From positions 96,001-160,000 of the forward strand of contig CAWFAD010000007.1 in assembly GCA_963813815.1 (NCBI GenBank): a stretch of 64,000 nt of DNA, given 5' to 3'. The translations under genes and the position numbers were made by a program. Source of the DNA: an uncultured bacterium. GTDB taxonomy: Bacteria; Krumholzibacteriota; Krumholzibacteriia; Krumholzibacteriales; Krumholzibacteriaceae. A model generated the notes under the pieces. The model did not search any database and was not told where the DNA came from. It saw nothing but the letters and a program-made list of their open reading frames with translations. The first letter of the stretch is position 1. Each line of letters starts with the position of its first letter. Below, piece after piece: positions 41,945-51,347 of this stretch.

Positions 41945-42640
41945 GTGCTCATACGTGCCCAGGGCGTGCGGAAGGTGTACGAGGTCGGCGTCAACCGGAT
42001 CGAGGCCGTGGCCGGCGTGGACCTCTCGATCGAGCCGAACGAGTACGTCGCGATCATGGGACCCTCCGGGTCGGGAAAATCGACCTTCATGAACATACTC
42101 GGGTGCCTCGACACGCCGACGGAAGGCGAGTATTACCTGAACGGCCAGCTCGTGAGCAACCTCGACGACGACGAGCTCGCGCGCATCCGCAATCGCGAGA
42201 TCGGATTCGTGTTTCAGACCTTCAACCTCCTGCCGCGCGCCACGGCGCTCCAGAACGTCGAGCTTCCCCTCATCTACGGCGGCGTGCCTTCGCGCCAGCG
42301 GCGCCAGCGGGCGATGGAGGCGCTGCGCGAGGTGGGGCTCATCGATCGGGCCGCGCACCGGCCGAACGAGCTCTCCGGCGGCCAGCGGCAGCGCGTGGCG
42401 ATCGCGCGCGCCCTCGTGAACCGTCCATCCATCATTCTCGCCGATGAACCGACGGGAAATCTCGACAGCCACACCGGCGAGGAGATCATGAGCATTTTTC
42501 GGGGGATCCACGAGGCGGGAAACACGATCATCATCGTGACGCACGAAGAATACATAGCGAATCATACACAGCGCATCGTCCGGCTCCTCGATGGCCGCAT
42601 CGCCACGGACGTCCGAAACCACTCGAAGCAGTTTTCGTGA
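41945..42640 (+). CDS. MacB/LolD-type ABC transporter ATP-binding protein
   Basis: [41 protein letters not shown]. Confidence 0.94.
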   Translation: MLIRAQGVRKVYEVGVNRIEAVAGVDLSIEPNEYVAIMGPSGSGKSTFMNILGCLDTPTEGEYYLNGQLVSNLDDDELARIRNREIGFVFQTFNLLPRATALQNVELPLIYGGVPSRQRRQRAMEALREVGLIDRAAHRPNELSGGQRQRVAIARALVNRPSIILADEPTGNLDSHTGEEIMSIFRGIHEAGNTIIIVTHEEYIANHTQRIVRLLDGRIATDVRNHSKQFS

Positions 42641-42700
42641 ACGGCCGCGCGCCGCCGGGAGGCGGCGCGCCGTTCGCGTTCCGGTTCGCAGGGGGGTGCC

Positions 42701-43984
42701 ATGAAGAAAAAGCATTTCGTGTTCATCGGGATCGCCGTGCTCGTCGCCGTCCTCGTCGTCGTGAATCTCCGGGCGAGGCGAGAACGGGCCTTTCCCGTGC
42801 AGGCCGAGGCCGTCGCCGCGCGGGATCTCACCATGGTGATCTCGGCCTCGGGCAGCATACGGCCGAAACGGCAGGTCGACATCAGCGCGAGCACCATCGG
42901 CAAGGTGACGCGGGTCGCCGTGCGGGAGGGGGAAACGGTCGAAGAGGGCCAGTTCCTCATCCAGATTGATCCCGTCGAGCTCGAGTCGACCGTCGCGCGG
43001 CTCGCGGCGATGCTCGAGGCCTCCCGCGCGAACGAGAAGCAGGCCGCCGCGCAGGAGGCGCAGGCGAAGATCGAGCACGAGCGCACGAAAACCCTCCTCG
43101 CCGGCGGGTACCGGACGAAGGAGGAGGCGGACGCCGCCCGGACGAACTACAACGTGGCCGTTTCGAGGCTCGAGTCGCTGAAACACGAGATCGCGCAGGT
43201 GCGCGCAAACCTCGAGGCGGCGCGGCACAGCCTCAAAGAGGTCACGATCACCTCTCCCATGTCCGGCATCGTCACGCGGCGGAACGTCGAGGAGGGGGAA
43301 ATCGCGATCATGGGCACCCTCAACAATCCGGGCACGGTGCTGCTCACCATCGCCGATCTCTCGACGATCGAGGCCGAAGTCGAGGTCGACGAGACGGAGG
43401 TAACGAACATATCGCTCGGCGACCGCGGAAAGATAACGCTCGACGCCTTTCCCGACACCTCGTTCTCCGCGACGGTCACCGAGATCGGCAACAGCCCCAT
43501 CATCTCCGGCGCGAGCGCCGCGCAGCAGGGCGTCGATTTCAAGGTCATTCTCACGATCGAGAGCTCCGTTCCGAGCGTGCGTCCCGGGCTCTCGGCGGAC
43601 GCCGAGATCTCCGTCGCCGAGGCGAAGGGCGTCCCCGCGATACCCATCCAGAGCCTCACCGCGCGCCGCTCGCGCGACCTCGAGACGCGGAGCGAGCCGG
43701 CCGACACCGCGAAGGCGGATACCGCCGCGGCCGAGGCCGAGGGCGGTGGGGGAACGGCGGCGGACGATCCGGACACCGAGATCGAGGGCGTGTTCGTCGT
43801 GAAGGACGGCCGCGCGGAGTTTCGCCCCGTCACGGTCGGCATCTCGAGCCAGAAGCATTTCGAAGTGACCGCCGGTCTCGAGCCCGGCGAGATGGTCGTC
43901 ACCGGCAACTTCAAGGCCATTCGCGAGCTCCGGGACGGACAGCGCGTCAAGATCACGGGCAAGACCGAGAAGGACTCGAAGTAG
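42701..43984 (+). CDS. Efflux periplasmic adaptor subunit (MacA-like)
   Basis: N-terminal TM, ASGSIRP, hairpin coiled coil, ITSPMSGIV, VEVDETEV, RPGLSA. Confidence 0.92.
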   Translation: MKKKHFVFIGIAVLVAVLVVVNLRARRERAFPVQAEAVAARDLTMVISASGSIRPKRQVDISASTIGKVTRVAVREGETVEEGQFLIQIDPVELESTVARLAAMLEASRANEKQAAAQEAQAKIEHERTKTLLAGGYRTKEEADAARTNYNVAVSRLESLKHEIAQVRANLEAARHSLKEVTITSPMSGIVTRRNVEEGEIAIMGTLNNPGTVLLTIADLSTIEAEVEVDETEVTNISLGDRGKITLDAFPDTSFSATVTEIGNSPIISGASAAQQGVDFKVILTIESSVPSVRPGLSADAEISVAEAKGVPAIPIQSLTARRSRDLETRSEPADTAKADTAAAEAEGGGGTAADDPDTEIEGVFVVKDGRAEFRPVTVGISSQKHFEVTAGLEPGEMVVTGNFKAIRELRDGQRVKITGKTEKDSK

Positions 43985-44035
43985 TCCGCCGCGGGGGGAG
44001 AGCGCGGCCGCGCGCCCGCGGCGGCCGCCGTCGCC

Positions 44036-45265
44036 ATGCTCATACTCGAGGGAATCCGCATAGCGCTTCGCGCGCTCTGGGACAACAAGCTCCGCACGGT
44101 TTTGACGCTCCTCGGCAACATCGTCGGAACGATGTCGGTCATCGCCGTCGTTTCGCTCATCAGCGGCGTCGACCATTACGTGAGCGAGGAGGTCGCCGAG
44201 CAGGGGAGCAACGTGTTCGACATCGAGCGGATCAATTACTTCGAGGCGATCACCGATCTCGACGCTTTTCTCGAGGCCGTGGCGAGAAACAAGGAGATCA
44301 CGCTCGAGGACGTCGCCTACCTCAAGTCCGCGATTCCCTCGGCCTCCTTCATCGGCGCCGCCGTGAACGCGAACGACCGTGTCGTCTTCGGCAACGAATG
44401 GCTCGAGGGCGTGTCGATCCGCGGCCGGTCCGCGGACTATCCGGCGATCGAGAACGCCGAGCTCGCCCTGGGGGCGCACCTCTCGCACCTCGAGGTCGAG
44501 CGCAGCCGCGCCGTCGCGGTGCTCGGGTGGGAGGTGTACGAGCGCGTTTTCAAGGGGCGCGACCCGATCGGCCGCAAGGTCAAGATCGGGAAACGGCATT
44601 ACACGGTGGTCGGGGTCGTCAAGGATCTCGGCACCGTCCTCGGGCAGTCGCGGAACCAGTTCGTGTTCGTTCCCGTGACGACCTTCCTCAAGGAGTACGG
44701 TTCGCACCGCTCGATCAGCGTCAAGGTGCGGGCCGCCGACATCCGCCTCATGGAGCAGGCGATCGACGAGGCGACGATGGCGATGCGGATCCGGCACCGG
44801 CTCCGGCCGCTCGAAAACAACGATTTCAGCATCTCGACGTCGCAGCAGCTCATCTCGCTCTGGGAGAAGATTTCGCAGGCGATCTTCAACGCGCTCATCT
44901 TCGTCGTGTCGATCTCGCTCGTCGTCGGCGGCATCGTTCTCATGAACGTCATGCTCGTTTCGGTCACCGAGCGGACGCGCGAGATCGGCGTTCGAAAGGC
45001 CCTCGGCGCCCGCCGGGCGAACATCGTGTGGCAGTTCATCGTCGAGTCGGTCACGCTTTCGATCGTCGGCGGCGTGATCGGAATCGTCCTCGGTTTCACG
45101 CTCGCGGCGATCATATCGCTCGTATCGCCGCTTCCGTACCTCGTCGCGCCGTGGTCGATCTTCGCCGGACTCGCGGTGACCTTCGTCATCGGGGTCGTGT
45201 TCGGCACGTATCCGGCGAACAAGGCGGCGAGGCTCGATCCGGTCGTGGCGCTTCATTACGAATAG
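44036..45265 (+). CDS. MacB/FtsX-type ABC permease 1
   Basis: NKLRTVLTLLG, GGIVLMNVMLVSVTERTREIGVRKALGA, YPANKAARLDP. Confidence 0.93.
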   Translation: MLILEGIRIALRALWDNKLRTVLTLLGNIVGTMSVIAVVSLISGVDHYVSEEVAEQGSNVFDIERINYFEAITDLDAFLEAVARNKEITLEDVAYLKSAIPSASFIGAAVNANDRVVFGNEWLEGVSIRGRSADYPAIENAELALGAHLSHLEVERSRAVAVLGWEVYERVFKGRDPIGRKVKIGKRHYTVVGVVKDLGTVLGQSRNQFVFVPVTTFLKEYGSHRSISVKVRAADIRLMEQAIDEATMAMRIRHRLRPLENNDFSISTSQQLISLWEKISQAIFNALIFVVSISLVVGGIVLMNVMLVSVTERTREIGVRKALGARRANIVWQFIVESVTLSIVGGVIGIVLGFTLAAIISLVSPLPYLVAPWSIFAGLAVTFVIGVVFGTYPANKAARLDPVVALHYE

Positions 45266-45274
45266 GCGGGCTCG

Positions 45275-46543
45275 ATGGACGGCGGCGGCATGAAAAACGA
45301 ACGGCACGCAGCGGAGGTCTGGCGGGAGAACTTCGCGCAGGCCCTTCTCGTCATCCGGACGCACCGGATGCGATCGGGGCTCCTCATACTCGGCGTCGCC
45401 ATCGGGGTCATGACGGTGCTCGGCATGGTGACGGTGCTCTCGGGGCTCGGCAAGCGGATCCAGGAGGATATCATGTCCTCGAACCGGCCGTTTCTCCACA
45501 TCGCGCGAAACGATCCCATGGCCGGCAACGAGAATTACCTCGACCGCTTTCGCCGCGAGAAGCTCACTCCCCGCGACGCCGCCGCGATCGCGGAGGAAAC
45601 GCACAGCGCGGAGAGAGTCGATTTCGAGGTGACGCCGGGCGAGGGCATGCGGGTGCTCCGGTACCAGGGAGAACGCACGAATCTCGTCCAGATCGTCGGC
45701 GTGTCGGAGAACTTTCCCTATCTCCTCAGCATTCTGATCGATGAGGGCAGGTTTTTCACCGAGTACGACATCAAGCGAAACCGGCGGGTCGTGGTGCTCG
45801 GCAGCGGTCCCGCGAAGGATCTCTTCCCGAACCGGGATCCGATCGGCAAGTGGATCCGCATCGGGAGCGTCGAATACGAGGTTATCGGCACGCTCCAGTC
45901 GCGGCGCCACTTCATCGGCAGCATCAGCGACAACTTCGGCGTCGTGCCCTACACGAGCTTCGAGAAGGATCTCTCGAGCGAGCACGACGACTACGAAATC
46001 GTCCTCTCCGTCAAACCCGAATACACCCTCGAGGAGGCGAAGGAGGAGATCACGGCGCTGCTCCGCGCCCGCAGGAAGGTCGCTCCCGGCGCCGAGAACG
46101 ATTTTCACGTTACGACCTCCGAGTCGTTCCGCGACATGGTCGCCCGCATCACGGGGTATATCGGCCTCGTGCTCATCGTCATTTCGTCGATCGGTCTCAT
46201 GGTCGGCGGGATCGGCGTGATGAACATCATGCTCATCTCCGTGACGGAGCGCACCCGGGAGATCGGCGTCCGCATGGCGCTCGGGGCGCGGCGTTCCGAC
46301 GTGCTCCAGCAGTTTCTCATCGAGGCGGCGACGCTGACCGGCACGGGCGGGATTATCGGCATCGTGCTTGGGCTCGCCATCGCGCGCGGCGTCACGCGGC
46401 TCATCCGCTTCCCCTACAGCGTTCCCGTGCTCTGGATCGTCGTGGCGTTCGTTTTCTCGGCCGGGGTCGGCATCGTATTCGGCATGTATCCGGCGAACCG
46501 CGCCGCGAAGATGGATCCGATCGAGGCGCTGCGCCGCGAGTGA
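45275..46543 (+). CDS. MacB/FtsX-type ABC permease 2
   Basis: GGIGVMNIMLISVTERTREIGVRMALGA, YPANRAAKMDPIEALR. Start at 45275 or 45290. Confidence 0.93.
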   Translation: MDGGGMKNERHAAEVWRENFAQALLVIRTHRMRSGLLILGVAIGVMTVLGMVTVLSGLGKRIQEDIMSSNRPFLHIARNDPMAGNENYLDRFRREKLTPRDAAAIAEETHSAERVDFEVTPGEGMRVLRYQGERTNLVQIVGVSENFPYLLSILIDEGRFFTEYDIKRNRRVVVLGSGPAKDLFPNRDPIGKWIRIGSVEYEVIGTLQSRRHFIGSISDNFGVVPYTSFEKDLSSEHDDYEIVLSVKPEYTLEEAKEEITALLRARRKVAPGAENDFHVTTSESFRDMVARITGYIGLVLIVISSIGLMVGGIGVMNIMLISVTERTREIGVRMALGARRSDVLQQFLIEAATLTGTGGIIGIVLGLAIARGVTRLIRFPYSVPVLWIVVAFVFSAGVGIVFGMYPANRAAKMDPIEALRRE

Positions 46544-46658
46544 TCCTATCGGCGTCGATCGGGGCGGAAGTGCTTGCCACCGTCCGCCTCCCCCCGATAT
46601 ACTCCCCCGCAAGGAGGCCCCCGTCGCGGAGCGTTTCCGCGCCGTGGGCGCATACGGT

Positions 46659-47981
46659 ATGCGCATGACCGGCAGAGCCGCGGCGGCGACGGCGTCGCTC
46701 GTCGCCTGGTGCATCGTCGCGAGCGCCGGGGTTTCCCTCGCCCAGCCGGGTCCTGAGCGGACCCGCGAGGGGGGCTTCGAGCTTTTTCTCAACCAGGATT
46801 ACGGAGAGGGCGCGGAAAGCGTTCTCGTGGCCGGGGTGGCGATCCCGTATCGCCGTCTCGTCTTTTTCCTGCGGGAAGGGCGGTACGAGGCCCGCTACCG
46901 CGTGTACCTCGAGCTCAAGGACGAAAGCGGAAAGCTGCTGCGGGGCGAGGTGTGGGAAGAAACGGTGTCGGCGGGGAGCTTTTCGGAAACCACCTCCAGC
47001 GCCTCGCTGGCCCGCTCCTCGCGCCGGTTCCCCGCCGCCCCGGGGAAATACCGCGCCAAGGCGACGGTCGAGATCGTCGACACCTCGAGGCGGTTCACGC
47101 GGGAAGAGACGGCGCGGATCGTGGGGGGAACGGGGGGGCGTCTCGAGCTCTCGAATCCGTCGTTCTACGCGGGCGCTCCGGATTCCCTCGCGGCCGGACC
47201 GACCGCGGACGCGATCGGGTTCTCGCTCTGCGGGAGGGACAGCGCCGCGATCGCGGGCGCCTCGCAGGCCTCGGTTTTCGAGCAGCCGGGCGTCTCCGCC
47301 CGCGTCAGATACGATCTCTTCGTGCCGGAGGGGGAGGCGGGGCGGCGGATCGTGTTTTCGACGCGCATCCGCGGCGCCTCCGGCGCGGTCGTCCGCTACC
47401 ACCGCGCCGTCCTCTCGGATCGCCGGCCGGGCGCCGAGGCGCTCTGTCTCGACCTCCGCATCGACGACTGGCGGATCGGATACTACACGATCGAGAACGT
47501 CGTCGAATCGCCCGCCGCGGGCCAGCGGCAGGAGGCGGGAGGCCGGTTTCTCATCCTCTTCAACGGAGGGCTCCTCGGGAAGCATATCGCGGATTGCGCG
47601 ACGCTCCTTTCCATGGTCGCGGATAAGGACGAGGCGGCGGGGGTGACGGATGCCCCCCCAGGCGAGCGCCTGCGCGCCTGGGGGGAGTTCTGGCGCAAAC
47701 GCGACCCCACGCCCCAGACGAGGGCGAACGAGGCGTTCGGGGAGTTTCTCGAGCGGCTGCGGCACGTTCTCGAGAGCTACTCCCGCAGGGAGCCCGGCTT
47801 TCGGACCGATCGCGGCAGGATCTATATCGAAAACGGCCCGCCCGACCGGATCGAGAGCCGCTCCGAGGCGGGCGCCCAGACCTACGAGCTCTGGTTCTAC
47901 ACGAGGAAAGGCGTTGTGTACATCTTCGAGGACGCGATCGGAAGCGACGATTTCCGGTTGGTCGCGACGAGGCTGATATGA
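46659..47981 (+). CDS. GWxTD-domain exported protein 2
   Basis: Signal peptide; FWRKRDPTPQTRANE...GFRTDRGRIYIENGPPD...YELWFY...YIFED..GSDDFRL. Confidence 0.85.
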   Translation: MRMTGRAAAATASLVAWCIVASAGVSLAQPGPERTREGGFELFLNQDYGEGAESVLVAGVAIPYRRLVFFLREGRYEARYRVYLELKDESGKLLRGEVWEETVSAGSFSETTSSASLARSSRRFPAAPGKYRAKATVEIVDTSRRFTREETARIVGGTGGRLELSNPSFYAGAPDSLAAGPTADAIGFSLCGRDSAAIAGASQASVFEQPGVSARVRYDLFVPEGEAGRRIVFSTRIRGASGAVVRYHRAVLSDRRPGAEALCLDLRIDDWRIGYYTIENVVESPAAGQRQEAGGRFLILFNGGLLGKHIADCATLLSMVADKDEAAGVTDAPPGERLRAWGEFWRKRDPTPQTRANEAFGEFLERLRHVLESYSRREPGFRTDRGRIYIENGPPDRIESRSEAGAQTYELWFYTRKGVVYIFEDAIGSDDFRLVATRLI

Positions 47982-49546
47982 CCGTTCCGAGGGCGCGACG
48001 GCGTCTTGTCGGCATCCCGGCGCTCGTCCTCGCCGCGGCGGTCGCCGCCTCCTGCGCGCGACAGGGCGGGGAGGACACGCTGCGCCTCTCGCTCCAGACC
48101 GAGCCGAGCACCCTCGATCCGGCTTTCTGCGTCGACGTGTCGTCCGGCGCCGTATCCTCCCTCGTTCACGCGACGCTCGTGTCGTTCGATAACGACGCCC
48201 GTGTCGTTCCCGGTCTCGCGCGGCGGTGGGAGATCGGGGATGAGGGGCGCGAGTACACCTTTCATCTCGGCACGGATCGTTTCTCGAATGGCCGGCGCAT
48301 CGCCGCCGCCGACGTCGTGTATTCCTTCCGCCGCTTGCTCGATCCGTCGACGGCCTCCCCGCGCTGGTGGCTGCTGCGGCCGGCGAAGGGGGCGGCGGCG
48401 TTTCACGGGGGCGGCTCGTGGAGCGACGAGACGGCGAGGGTCGCCGACGATTCGACCGTCGTCATCCGTCTCGAGGCGCCGGCGCCTCATTTCCTCGGGC
48501 TGCTGGCCATGCCGTCGGCCGGCGTCGTGTGCCGCGAGGAGGTCGAGCGTCTCGGACCCCTCTACGGGCGCCGGCCCGCCGGGAGCGGGCCGTGGAGCCT
48601 CGCCTCCTGGCGCGAGGGGGACGAGATCGCCCTCGTGCCGAATCCCGGCTGGGACGGCAAGCGCCCCGGGATCGCCGCCATTTCCTTCCGCATCATTCCC
48701 GAGCAGATGACCCAGATCGCGGAGTTCGAGGTGGGCTCGCTCGATCTCATCGAAGTGCCCCGCGCCGAGCTCGAGCACTGGAGGGCGGCCGGCATGGAGC
48801 TGCGCTCCCGCGACGAGCTGCGCGTCGTGTACATCGGGCTCAACACGAGGCGTCCGCCGCTCGACGATCCGCGCGTGAGACGGGCTCTGAACCACGCCGT
48901 CGACGTCGAGAAGATCATCGCGCAGGTTCTTTTCGGAGCGGGGCGTCGCTCGCGCGGCGTCGTTCCACCGGGGTTGCGGCGGTGGGAGGAGCCGGCCGAG
49001 CGCTACCCGTACGATCCGGCCGAGGCGCGGCGCCTTCTCGTCGAAGCCGGTCTCGCGGAAGGATTCCAGCTGGAGATCTGGCAGCGCGAGAACCCCGAGG
49101 CGGGGCGCATCCTCGAGGCGGTGCAGGCGTATCTCGCCCGAGTCGGGGTCGAGGCGAGGCTCGTGACGCGGGAGTGGAGCGCCCTCAAGGAAGCGATCGA
49201 TCTCGGAACGCCCGACGCGTTCTACCTCGACTGGATCGCCGATTATCCCGACGCGGAGAATTTTCTCGCGCCTCTCTTTCATTCCGCGAACGCCGGCGGG
49301 GGCGGAAACCGCACGGGGTATCGGGACGCGCGGGTCGATTCGCTGCTCGACGCCGCGGCGACGCTCATGGACGAGGAGCGGCGGGCGGCGTGCCAGCGCT
49401 CGGTCGAGGAGATCGTGTACCGAGACGCGCCGTGGCTCTTCCTGTGGTTTCCCGAGCGGTTCGAGATGACGTCCCCCCGCGTTTCGGGGTACGAGATCCC
49501 GCTCATCTTCAACGCCCAGCGGTATCTCGACGTGCGGCTTCGGTAG
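47978..49546 (+). CDS. Peptide ABC transporter substrate-binding lipoprotein (family 5)
   Basis: Lipobox VAASC; TLDPA, PGLARRWE, YTFHL, GSGPW, DPRVRRALNHAVD, WIADYPD. Confidence 0.92.
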   Translation: MTVPRARRRLVGIPALVLAAAVAASCARQGGEDTLRLSLQTEPSTLDPAFCVDVSSGAVSSLVHATLVSFDNDARVVPGLARRWEIGDEGREYTFHLGTDRFSNGRRIAAADVVYSFRRLLDPSTASPRWWLLRPAKGAAAFHGGGSWSDETARVADDSTVVIRLEAPAPHFLGLLAMPSAGVVCREEVERLGPLYGRRPAGSGPWSLASWREGDEIALVPNPGWDGKRPGIAAISFRIIPEQMTQIAEFEVGSLDLIEVPRAELEHWRAAGMELRSRDELRVVYIGLNTRRPPLDDPRVRRALNHAVDVEKIIAQVLFGAGRRSRGVVPPGLRRWEEPAERYPYDPAEARRLLVEAGLAEGFQLEIWQRENPEAGRILEAVQAYLARVGVEARLVTREWSALKEAIDLGTPDAFYLDWIADYPDAENFLAPLFHSANAGGGGNRTGYRDARVDSLLDAAATLMDEERRAACQRSVEEIVYRDAPWLFLWFPERFEMTSPRVSGYEIPLIFNAQRYLDVRLR

Positions 49547-49557
49547 GAGGTGGGGCG

Positions 49558-50496
49558 GTGTACCGGTATGCGTTGCGTCGGCTCGCTCTTCTCGTTCCGA
49601 TACTGCTCGGCGTGGCGACGCTCACCTTTATCCTCATGTACGTCGTTCCCGGCGACCCCGTCCGGGCGATCGCGGGAGAGCGGTACGACGAAGCGACGAT
49701 AGAAATAATGCGGCACGAGCTCGGGCTCGACCGTCCGCTCCTCGTGCGGTACGTCGACTTCCTCGGGCGCACCGCGCGGTTCGACCTCGGCCGCTCGTTC
49801 GTCACCAGGCGCCCGGTGGCTGACGCCATCCGCGAGCGATTTCCGCGCACCGCGCTGCTCGCCGGAAGCGCCATGCTCATCGCGGTCGCGGGCGGCGTCG
49901 CGATCGGCGCCCTCGCCGCGTGGGGAAAAGCGCCGCTTCTCGCGAAAACGCTCATGGGAGTCTCCCTGGTCGGCGTCTCGATGCCGGTGTTCTGGCTCGG
50001 CCTCCTGCTCATCTACCTTTTCGCCATCGAGCTGCGAATCCTTCCCCCTTCGGGATACGGCGGCGGATCTCCCGCGCACCTCGTGCTGCCCGCCATCACG
50101 CTTTCCTTCGCGTCGATGGCGACGATCGCCCGCGTGACCCGTTCGGGATTCCTCGACGCGCTCGGCGAGGATTACGTCCGGACGGCGCGCGCGAAGGGGC
50201 TCGGAGAGCGCGCCGTGCTCGCGAAACACGTCCTCCGCAACGCGCTCGTTCCCGTCGTGACGATCGTCGGAACCGATTTCGGGAGCTACCTCAGCGGCTC
50301 GGTGCTCACCGAATCCGTGTTCGGCTGGCCCGGGCTCGGCCGCCTCGTCGTGCAGGCGATCCTGAAACGCGATTTTCCGGTCATTCAGGGGACCATTCTT
50401 TTCATGGCCGTTCTCTTCGTGCTCGTGAACCTCGCGGTGGATCTCAGCTACGGCCTCATCGACCCGCGAATACGCTCGGGGGGTGGCGAGCGATGA
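49558..50496 (+). CDS. Peptide ABC transporter permease (OppB family)
   Basis: VPGDP, GLDRP, DYVRTARAKGL, ESVFGWPGLG, IDPRI. Confidence 0.92.
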   Translation: MYRYALRRLALLVPILLGVATLTFILMYVVPGDPVRAIAGERYDEATIEIMRHELGLDRPLLVRYVDFLGRTARFDLGRSFVTRRPVADAIRERFPRTALLAGSAMLIAVAGGVAIGALAAWGKAPLLAKTLMGVSLVGVSMPVFWLGLLLIYLFAIELRILPPSGYGGGSPAHLVLPAITLSFASMATIARVTRSGFLDALGEDYVRTARAKGLGERAVLAKHVLRNALVPVVTIVGTDFGSYLSGSVLTESVFGWPGLGRLVVQAILKRDFPVIQGTILFMAVLFVLVNLAVDLSYGLIDPRIRSGGGER

Positions 50497-51347
50497 TCGG
50501 CGCCGCCGGGCTCGTTCGCCGGCTCCTCCGCATGCCCGCCGCCGCGGCGGGGCTCGCGATCCTCGTCGTCGTCGTGGGGGGGGCGCTTTTCGCCGGCGTC
50601 ATAGCCCCCGTTTCCCACGATCTCATCGACCTCGACGCGTCGCTCCGCCCCCCTTCGGCGGCGCATCCGTTCGGCACGGATCCGTTCGGCCGGGACGTGC
50701 TGGCCCGCGTTCTCCACGGCGCGAGGATCTCGCTCGGTGTCGGATTCCTCGCGCGCACGATATCGCTCGCTCTCGGGCTCTTTCTGGGCGCGCTCGCGGG
50801 GTACTTCGGCGGCAAGCTCGACTCGGCGATCATGCGGCTCGCCGACATCACCTTCGCGTACCCGGCGCTGCTCCTGCTCATCGCGATCATCGCCGTCGTG
50901 TCGCCGGGGATCGTATCGCTTTTCGTGACGCTCGGGGTGGTGGGGTGGGCCTCCGTCGCGCGCCTCGTCCGGGCGCAGGTGCTTTCGGTGAAGGAGCGGG
51001 AGTACGTGCAGGCGGCCCGGGCTGCGGGCGCCGGGCACGCGGCGCTGCTCATCCGGCATATCCTGCCCGCGTGTCTCGCGCCCGTTCTCATCGTCTACAC
51101 GATGGGGCTCGGCATGACGATCATGGCCGAGGCGTCCCTCAGCTTTCTCGGTCTCGGGGTGCAGCCGCCGGCCCCGAGCTGGGGCGGAATGATCTCCGGC
51201 GGCATCGTTTTCATGCGAACGGCGCCGTGGCTCACGATGTTTCCCGGTCTCGTGCTGACGCTCACCGTGTGCGCGCTGAACCTCGTCGGGGACGGACTGC
51301 GCGACGCGCTGAGCCCGCGTCTCGCCTCCGTCGACGGGAGCCGATGA
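50493..51347 (+). CDS. Peptide ABC transporter permease (OppC family)
   Basis: [25 protein letters not shown]. Confidence 0.92.
   Translation: MIGAAGLVRRLLRMPAAAAGLAILVVVVGGALFAGVIAPVSHDLIDLDASLRPPSAAHPFGTDPFGRDVLARVLHGARISLGVGFLARTISLALGLFLGALAGYFGGKLDSAIMRLADITFAYPALLLLIAIIAVVSPGIVSLFVTLGVVGWASVARLVRAQVLSVKEREYVQAARAAGAGHAALLIRHILPACLAPVLIVYTMGLGMTIMAEASLSFLGLGVQPPAPSWGGMISGGIVFMRTAPWLTMFPGLVLTLTVCALNLVGDGLRDALSPRLASVDGSR

Noticed and set aside
41870..46792. Very long minus-strand ORFs (1640 aa here; also 4790-8605, 24958-28566, 29482-32955, 8394-11153)
   Set aside because: Antisense shadows of well-supported + strand genes. High GC3 removes stops, and the translations lack recognisable motifs.
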